32,102 nt of DNA from a virus. Its lineage: Duplodnaviria; Caudoviricetes. A model generated the notes under the pieces. That model had not been told where the DNA came from. It did not search any database and saw nothing but the letters and a program-made list of their open reading frames with translations. Positions 26,391 to 32,102 of this stretch are shown here, piece by piece. The position numbers and the translations under genes were made by a program. The stretch is from the IMG/VR virus record IMGVR_UViG_3300048861_000125, positions 1 to 32,102 of that record; one strand, 5' to 3'. Each line of letters opens with the position of its first letter. The stretch's first letter is position 1.

Positions 26391-26678
26391 ACCCTGGTGT
26401 CAGCGTGTCGATACCCCCTGGTGACATCATGTCGATACCCCCTGGTGACATCATGTCCGTACCCCTGGTGACATCATGTCCGTACCCCTGGTGACATCAT
26501 GTCGATACCCCCTGGTGACATCATGTCGATACCCCCTGGTGACACATGTCCGTACCCCTGGTGACATCATGTCGATACCCCCTGGTGACATCATGTCGAT
26601 ACCCCCTGGTGACATCATGTCCGTACCCCCTGGTGACATCATGTCCGTACCCCCTGGTGACATCATGTCACCAGGGGT
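26391..26678. repeat. tandem array of 12 units of 23-24 bp (first unit degenerate), iteron-like, closed by an inverted half-unit
   Basis: Unit ACCCC(C)TGGTGACATCATGTC[GAT/CGT]; last unit forms CCCCTGGTGACAT-C-ATGTCACCAGGGG. Confidence 0.97.
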
Positions 26679-26747
26679 GCGTTGATAAAGTCATGAAAAT
26701 TAGACTGTTAGAGGGTAATAATGTGCCTGCGTTACCCGGTGGCGGCT

Positions 26748-26984
26748 TTAGCCTTTGACTCCGCTCGGGGAGTTCATCCTCTCGCGTCTCTCATCGAGGA
26801 CTTTCATGATCGCTTCGTATTGGGACTGTGCGGATTGCGCGGCGGTCCCGATTTTGGACTCCATGGCCTCCATTCCGGCCAGCAGTTCGTTATGGCGAAC
26901 CTCGGAAGCCGCGGTGATGGCCTCAAGCTTGGCGGTAATCGAGTTAAGTTGTGGGGCTAGCAAGTCCTGGATAGTCTTCCGCAT
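26748..26984 (-). CDS. small coiled-coil hypothetical protein
   Basis: 78 aa with a heptad pattern; purine-rich upstream region. Confidence 0.6.
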   Translation of the reverse strand: MRKTIQDLLAPQLNSITAKLEAITAASEVRHNELLAGMEAMESKIGTAAQSAQSQYEAIMKVLDERRERMNSPSGVKG

Positions 26985-27080
26985 CGCACGCTTCCGTCGC
27001 CCTTCTTATTTCTAAAGTACCGCTATGGTACTCCCGGTTGGACTTCCGAAGACAGAGTGGGGTACAAGGAGAGCAGTACA

Positions 27081-27195
27081 ACCAGGCCAATTAAGAGAGC
27101 CTGCGCTCGGATGCCTTTGACGTCGATTTGCCTTGCTCCCGGCTGCATCAGTTGCTCAATCCAAAATACTGACGCAACAGAGGAGATCCGTCATG
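27081..27195 (+). repeat. conserved leader element, copy 3
   Basis: Aligns with 2041-2150 over about 110 bp; ends GACGCAACAGAGGAGATCCGTC-ATG. Confidence 0.85.
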
Positions 27196-27468
27196 AGCTC
27201 AAATCTCGACAATGATCAGGCAAAGTTACGCGCAAAGATCCAGACTTGGAATGCGCCTCACAATGATCCACAAACCTACGCCGCCCTGAGTGAAGACATG
27301 CAAAAGGTATTCGGCGACCTATGGAGCATCATGTATTCCTATGGGGGATTCGATCCACATATCACGCAAGCTTGTGAAGCTCTCAATACTTTCGTCAACA
27401 CCGGTTCGGGTACGCCGAACACAGTTGGCGAGCTTAGCAAAGCCTTAGATGATATTGACAATGAATGA
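27193..27468 (+). CDS. small acidic helical hypothetical protein (91 aa)
   Basis: GAGGAG RBS within the conserved leader. Confidence 0.75.
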   Translation: MSSNLDNDQAKLRAKIQTWNAPHNDPQTYAALSEDMQKVFGDLWSIMYSYGGFDPHITQACEALNTFVNTGSGTPNTVGELSKALDDIDNE

Positions 27469-27507
27469 ACAGAGCGACTTACGTCAATCTAAACAACATC
27501 CTTAACT

Positions 27508-27558
27508 CCTAGTTCTCCTGAGACTAGGGCGGGGTAAGGGCTAGGCCCTTGCCCCCGC
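27508..27558. terminator. two hairpins between convergent genes
   Basis: CCTAG..TCTC/GAGA-CTAGG and GGGGTAAGGGC-TAG-GCCCTTGCCCC. Confidence 0.45.
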
Positions 27559-27582
27559 ATCGCGTCCCCGCCACCTCAACTG

Positions 27583-27834
27583 CTATTTCTCATCAGGATG
27601 CTCGACCGGCCTACGCCGGAGCGCCTTCACTTCCTGGCGCCGTTCGTACCGCTCGCTCATTGAATGCATGCAGCGGTTTCCGTGACCCTGGTACTGTTTG
27701 CCGCCTTTATTCCATCCAAGATTTATTTCCGGACGATCGTAAGGGCAAGTCCAAAGAAGAATGTGTGTTCTTCGGTGATTTCTCCAAACCTTACGTGCAT
27801 AGCGCCGATCGCCGCGCGTCGTAGGATGCTTCAT
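27583..27834 (-). CDS. Arg-rich small hypothetical protein
   Basis: GAGGAG RBS before MKHPTTRGDRRYAR. Confidence 0.6.
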   Translation of the reverse strand: MKHPTTRGDRRYARKVWRNHRRTHILLWTCPYDRPEINLGWNKGGKQYQGHGNRCMHSMSERYERRQEVKALRRRPVEHPDEK

Positions 27835-28039
27835 GGGTTCTCTCCTCACGCCCGCACCATCACTTCAGTGCAGGCCCCGTAGGGAATGCGCGTCCTCCTT
27901 TCTTTAGAACCTTCACGCCGGTTTGGGACATGATTTTCACAGGGATGTATGTAGCCTCGAATATCATATAGAGGTAGGAACAAAAAGGGCGCGGAACCAA
28001 ACTAAAAATATCCGGCCTGGTAGGACCCCAAAAATATGA

Positions 28040-28288
28040 ATGAATACAGAGAAATTCGAAGCACCAACGAATAAGACGCTTGCAATATTCGAGCGGCTCT
28101 GGACCCCGGTAGATGCCGCATCCTTCCTGAGAATCCATCAAAAGTCAGTGATCCGCCTCGCCCGCGAACAGGTAATTCCTGCCCTTCGCCTGGGCAAGCA
28201 TTGGCGGTTTCGCGCGACGGATCTTGAATCATGGGCTGCCGGTCAGGTACAGTCGACTTGCCAGCCCGAACGAGCGACGGAGACCTAA
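28040..28288 (+). CDS. xis: excisionase-like HTH protein (HTH_17 type)
   Basis: LWTP.DAA.FLRIH..SV.RLAR...IPA.RLGKHWRF; abuts the integrase. Confidence 0.88.
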   Translation: MNTEKFEAPTNKTLAIFERLWTPVDAASFLRIHQKSVIRLAREQVIPALRLGKHWRFRATDLESWAAGQVQSTCQPERATET

Positions 28289-29449
28289 ATGTCATCCATT
28301 GCTCGCAATAATCGTTATCAAGAAGGTTCCATCGACCGCGTTTCACGCGCGAACGGCCCAGACGTATGGGTCTATCGTTGGCGTGAGTTGAATGAAGATG
28401 CGGTACGCGTTCAGCGTAAGAAGACTATTGGAACAGTCGAAGAGTACCCCAAAAAGTCAGACATCAAGCGTGAGGTCGAAAATCTCCGCTCAGAGATCAA
28501 CGCCAGACAGGAACGCGTTGGCAAAATCACGGTGGCAGACGCTTGGGGACACTTTCAGCTCCACGAACTTCATGTGAATCGATCTCCCACCACAATCTGC
28601 GGCTACCTCGATTACTTCAAGACACAGATTCTTCCAGAGTGGAAGGACGTTCCGTTAGAGGATGTGAAAGCTGTGGCGGTTGAGAAGTGGCTCCGTTCCC
28701 TGCCCTACGCGAATGGCACGAAAGCCAAGATCCGAAATCATCTTTCATGTCTGTTCACCCACTCTATCCGCCACGAGATGTATACCAAGCTCAATCCCAT
28801 CGCCTCCGTGAGGCAGAGTGCGGTCCGGGAGAAGGAACCTGAAGTCCTAACCATTCCAGAAATCGGCCAAATTCTGTCAAGGATTGAAGCGGAGCCGGTT
28901 CGGGTGATGGTCGCTGTGGCCGCGGTATCTGCCCTCCGCAGGTCTGAGTTCAGAGGCCTCAAATGGAGCGACATTGATTTCAGCGGTGAATGGATCTTTC
29001 CTAGACGGGGTGTTATCCGGAAGTTGCAATCAAATCTCAAAACAGCCGCATCCCGGAAGAGAGTTCCTCTGCACCCTGAGTTGGCTGCTCTACTCGAAGA
29101 CTGGAGGAGCAAGACACCTTACCCGAAAGACGATGATTGGCTGTTCGCGTCGCCCTTCACAGATGGTGAACGTCCTTACTGGCCGGAGTCTGCGATGGTG
29201 GATTATGTTCGACCGGCTGCTAAGAAAGCCGGGATCGGCAAGCACATCGGCTGGCACACGTTCCGGCACTCGGTCGCAACCGCTCTGAGTCAGGCCGGAG
29301 AGAATGTGAAGGTTGTACAGGAGCTACTGCGGCACGCTAATAGTCGCATCACGCAAGACATCTACCAGCAAGCCAACCAAGACGCAAAGCGATCTGCTCT
29401 AGGCCATTTCACTGGAATATTTGTTGTTCCAGCCGCAAAATCGGCATAA
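28289..29449 (+). CDS. int: tyrosine integrase
   Basis: LRRSE (Arg), LKT (Lys), HTFRH, LLRH and DIY (Tyr) catalytic motifs; near a tRNA. Confidence 0.96.
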   Translation: MSSIARNNRYQEGSIDRVSRANGPDVWVYRWRELNEDAVRVQRKKTIGTVEEYPKKSDIKREVENLRSEINARQERVGKITVADAWGHFQLHELHVNRSPTTICGYLDYFKTQILPEWKDVPLEDVKAVAVEKWLRSLPYANGTKAKIRNHLSCLFTHSIRHEMYTKLNPIASVRQSAVREKEPEVLTIPEIGQILSRIEAEPVRVMVAVAAVSALRRSEFRGLKWSDIDFSGEWIFPRRGVIRKLQSNLKTAASRKRVPLHPELAALLEDWRSKTPYPKDDDWLFASPFTDGERPYWPESAMVDYVRPAAKKAGIGKHIGWHTFRHSVATALSQAGENVKVVQELLRHANSRITQDIYQQANQDAKRSALGHFTGIFVVPAAKSA

Positions 29450-29471
29450 CCTGAGTGCTGGATTTTTCGAT

Positions 29472-29508
29472 AGAGCAGGCCTCCATTGCTGAGGCCTGCT
29501 CTTACTTT
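29472..29508 (+). terminator. terminator after the integrase
   Basis: 12-bp stem AGAGCAGGCCTC/GAGGCCTGCTCT followed by TACTTT. Confidence 0.7.
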
Positions 29509-29540
29509 CAGCTGTGGATTAAAGGACAGACAAACAAATC

Positions 29541-30140
29541 ATGGCGAACGCTTCTTTCTGCAGTATCGAGTTCACACTAGAGATCAGCAAATCCGACGAC
29601 GAGCCCAGTGACTACATATCGATATATGACGGACACATCAACGCCAAAGTGAGTTCGCGCACAAATTGGGACATTGATGTGCGTAAGGTCGGTAAAATTC
29701 AAATCTACATAATTGAACGGAGTCGATCTGAAGACGACGGTGAGCCTATTTTCGACGTCATGGATTCTCTCACGTCCGATAGCTTCGACTGTTTTGAAAC
29801 CTTATTTGACCAAAAGACAAATGACTACCAGGAGAAGGTCAAAAAGCTTCAGGACGAGAATCGGATCTTCATGCCCGACATGATGCTGATCAATCGTGTT
29901 GAAATTGATCCCGAATACCGCGGCAAAGGAATAGCCAAAGAGGCGGTTTTGCGGGTAATTAAAAAGCTCGGAACCAGTTGTGATCTCATAACCTGCAAAC
30001 CCTTCCCGATCCAATACAGTCGCACCGCAAAAGACCATCCTGTAGCGTTCAGAGCTGCAAGAACAAAAGTTCGGGAATTTTGGAAGAAAGTGGGATTTGT
30101 ACGAGTACCCGCCACAGACTATTACGTCTGGCCAGATTGA
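29541..30140 (+). CDS. GNAT-fold protein
   Basis: INRVEIDPEYRGKGIA acetyl-CoA motif A; FWKKVGF motif; AAGGA upstream. Confidence 0.75.
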   Translation: MANASFCSIEFTLEISKSDDEPSDYISIYDGHINAKVSSRTNWDIDVRKVGKIQIYIIERSRSEDDGEPIFDVMDSLTSDSFDCFETLFDQKTNDYQEKVKKLQDENRIFMPDMMLINRVEIDPEYRGKGIAKEAVLRVIKKLGTSCDLITCKPFPIQYSRTAKDHPVAFRAARTKVREFWKKVGFVRVPATDYYVWPD

Positions 30141-30164
30141 ATTTTTCGATTGATGAATAACCGT

Positions 30165-30241
30165 AGGCACACTACACTTGTTCAGTGCCCTTTGGGTGCC
30201 TTTGTTTCTTTGGCCAGATCGGACTTAAGTCCTTTAGAATC

Positions 30242-30260
<19 letters not shown>
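30165..30260. mobile_element. prophage attachment junction at the tRNA 3' end with putative integrase arm-type repeats
   Basis: tRNA 3' end faces the integrase; GTGCCCTTTG/GTGCCTTTG direct repeats at 30185-30204 and an inverted GGCAC at 30166; partner att not in the window. Confidence 0.5.
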
Positions 30261-30319
<59 letters not shown>

Positions 30320-30710
30320 AGACTGTTTTTAACAATCTGGATATATGTCACATAGAATCAAGCGCTTCACAGCTTTCGCTCGTTTCTATCACTTCGCCGT
30401 GTTGTACTCCATTTCGGTTCTTTTTGGAAACCAAACAATCCAACGCGACGACAAGATAAAGTCTATCAGATTTGGTGTCAGCGTCCCCTTAGACAAAGAA
30501 AAAAAGTGGGCCTTGCATAACACTACTGCACTCCGACTTTGTTTTTAGCATCCGCCATCATTTGCGAAAGAAATCTGCACTTCCCCCTTCCGTCAGGGCC
30601 AAATCGCCTTGACCAACTGAGCGTCTCTCTTCATCAGGGAGTGCCAGAACAGCAGTCCTCTCGGGTGCCCTAGTATCGACCGACTAACATAGTGTCAAGC
30701 GAAGATCGGG

Positions 30711-31382
30711 TCAAGGAACCAGGCCGTAAGTGAATGACCGGAACGCCTCCACCGTCATCTTTAGCATCTCATCACGATTCCTCTTCGTCACCAGTTCGTG
30801 CCCCGAGCCGGCGATCGGAATCAGATCTGTCCGCGCTGGAATAAGCTTCAACGCCGCTACCAGCTCGTCGATAGAACCGAACGGATCCCGCGTTCCGTGA
30901 ATGAAAAGCGCAGGAGTTTTGATATCTGGGAAATGCCCGGTACGTAACTCACTAAGCCGTTGCGGTGGGTGGAGCGGGTATGAGAGCAGCAGGAGCGTAT
31001 CTACTAGACCGGGTTCAGCCGCACAGAGCATCGACGCTTGCCTTCCTCCATATGAATGACCACCCAGAAACACGCGGCCCGAAACTTGTCGCTGCATGGA
31101 CACAATCGCGGCTCGAAGTCCCTGCTGATCACGTTCTGCACTGCCACGTGGTGGTGGGCCATGCGGTCGCATCTGGCGAAAAGGCAGATCACAGCGGAAG
31201 ACAGCCACTCCCGAGGCGCAGAACGCATCCGCCAGCGCTACGAGAAGCGGAGAATCGCAATTAGCTCCCGCGCCGTGCGTCAGGACGAGACAATCACCGC
31301 CAGAACCAGTCGGGAGATGCAAGTACCCACGGACGGGTACTTCATTTGGTGGAGCGTCCAAAAATTCTTGATGACTGCTCAT
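30711..31382 (-). CDS. alpha/beta hydrolase (host)
   Basis: HGAG, nucleophile GHSYGG, LSYPLHPP, GTRDPFG and GSGH triad motifs. Confidence 0.92.
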   Translation of the reverse strand: MSSHQEFLDAPPNEVPVRGYLHLPTGSGGDCLVLTHGAGANCDSPLLVALADAFCASGVAVFRCDLPFRQMRPHGPPPRGSAERDQQGLRAAIVSMQRQVSGRVFLGGHSYGGRQASMLCAAEPGLVDTLLLLSYPLHPPQRLSELRTGHFPDIKTPALFIHGTRDPFGSIDELVAALKLIPARTDLIPIAGSGHELVTKRNRDEMLKMTVEAFRSFTYGLVP

Positions 31383-31461
31383 ACGTATAGATTATTGCAG
31401 CCAAACTCTCCGAGATCATTGATCCAATTTCATGGAGCACCCTTCAAGTCCTGAGGACTAA

Positions 31462-32102
31462 TTACTTCGCAGCTCGCTCCTGCGCTTGAATGAACACATC
31501 CACCTGCTGTCCTACATACACGGGAAATCGCGGCGGCTCAAAGCGAAACTCTAACTGAAGCACGCGTACATCAACGCGCTCGGAATTCGAGCCGGTTAGG
31601 TTCTGTTTGGGCACCATATAAGGCACAATGCGTACAAACTGCATGGGGAACTGTCGCGTCGAATCGCCTTTGAGCATCGCAGTGGCAGTCGATCCAGAAA
31701 GCACATGTGAGGCGTTGATTTCATCCACATCAACCCGCACCATCAGCGAGTCCGTGTCGCCGAACAGCACCGGTGACGTGCCGGACGTGCTTGCGAGATA
31801 CTCACCGACGCGATTGTTCACTTGCAGAATTTTCCCGTCCGCTGGAGCGCGCACCGTCATCTTATCGAGCAAAACCTTCTGCTGGTTGCGCGTGGCGATC
31901 ATCGTCTGCAGGTTCGCCTGCTCTTCCGAGAGTGCAGCCTCCGCATTATGTAATTGTGCTTCAGCCTGCTTCAACTGAGCAGCGGTCTGCTGCCACCGAG
32001 CCCGATCGGCATCACGCGTCTTCGCGCTGGTGATGTTTGCCTGATCAGAGATAACCCCGTCCTGATGCAGACCTTCATTGCGCGCAGCAATCTGGGCCGC
32101 GT
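31462..32102 (-). CDS. HlyD-family efflux periplasmic adaptor, 5' part outside the window (host)
   Basis: Coiled coil followed by VRAPADGKIL...GE, VRVDVDE and ERVDVRVLQ. Confidence 0.9.
   Translation of the reverse strand, partial: AAQIAARNEGLHQDGVISDQANITSAKTRDADRARWQQTAAQLKQAEAQLHNAEAALSEEQANLQTMIATRNQQKVLLDKMTVRAPADGKILQVNNRVGEYLASTSGTSPVLFGDTDSLMVRVDVDEINASHVLSGSTATAMLKGDSTRQFPMQFVRIVPYMVPKQNLTGSNSERVDVRVLQLEFRFEPPRFPVYVGQQVDVFIQAQERAAK

Larger units (their letters stand above)
3590..30241. mobile_element. HK97-like siphovirus prophage or remnant at tRNA-Asp; left boundary undefined and may extend beyond position 1
   Basis: Integrase/xis, packaging, head and tail modules in canonical order. 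Confidence 0.92.

Noticed and set aside
26391-26678. CRISPR array, or a repeat peptide/RiPP precursor (MMSPGGTD, PLVTSCRY)
   Set aside because: There are no unique spacers and no cas genes. Units of 23 nt break the frame, and there is no RBS or modifying enzyme nearby.

Overview
Most of the window (about 3.6-30.2 kb) is an HK97/lambda-like siphovirus prophage or prophage remnant integrated at the 3' end of a tRNA-Asp(GTC) gene (30242-30318, minus strand). It has a tyrosine integrase and excisionase, an ORF6N/KilAC antirepressor, holin-like genes, HNH, terminase, portal, protease, capsid, connectors, tail tube, a frameshifting tail chaperone, tape measure, an SGNH-esterase tail spike and tail tip genes. 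I could not recognise a CI repressor, a replication gene or an endolysin. Where early genes are expected there is about 1.9 kb of largely non-coding, hairpin-rich DNA ending in a 12-unit palindromic 23-24-bp tandem array. Left of the tail genes is an accessory region with a SRAP gene, a paralogous ORF pair and a tandem Cys/His-motif protein. The most unusual signal is a homologous 80-110-bp leader ending in GGAGATCCGTC-ATG. It occurs three times (about 2041-2150, 3018-3103 and 27081-27195), each time fused to an unrelated orphan ORF. Several ORFs carry single lesions, which could be decay or sequencing error. Host genes (an alpha/beta hydrolase and a partial HlyD adaptor) lie right of the tRNA. 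The second att site is not in the window. An acidobacterial host is my impression only. All family assignments come from motif reading and synteny, with no database searches.
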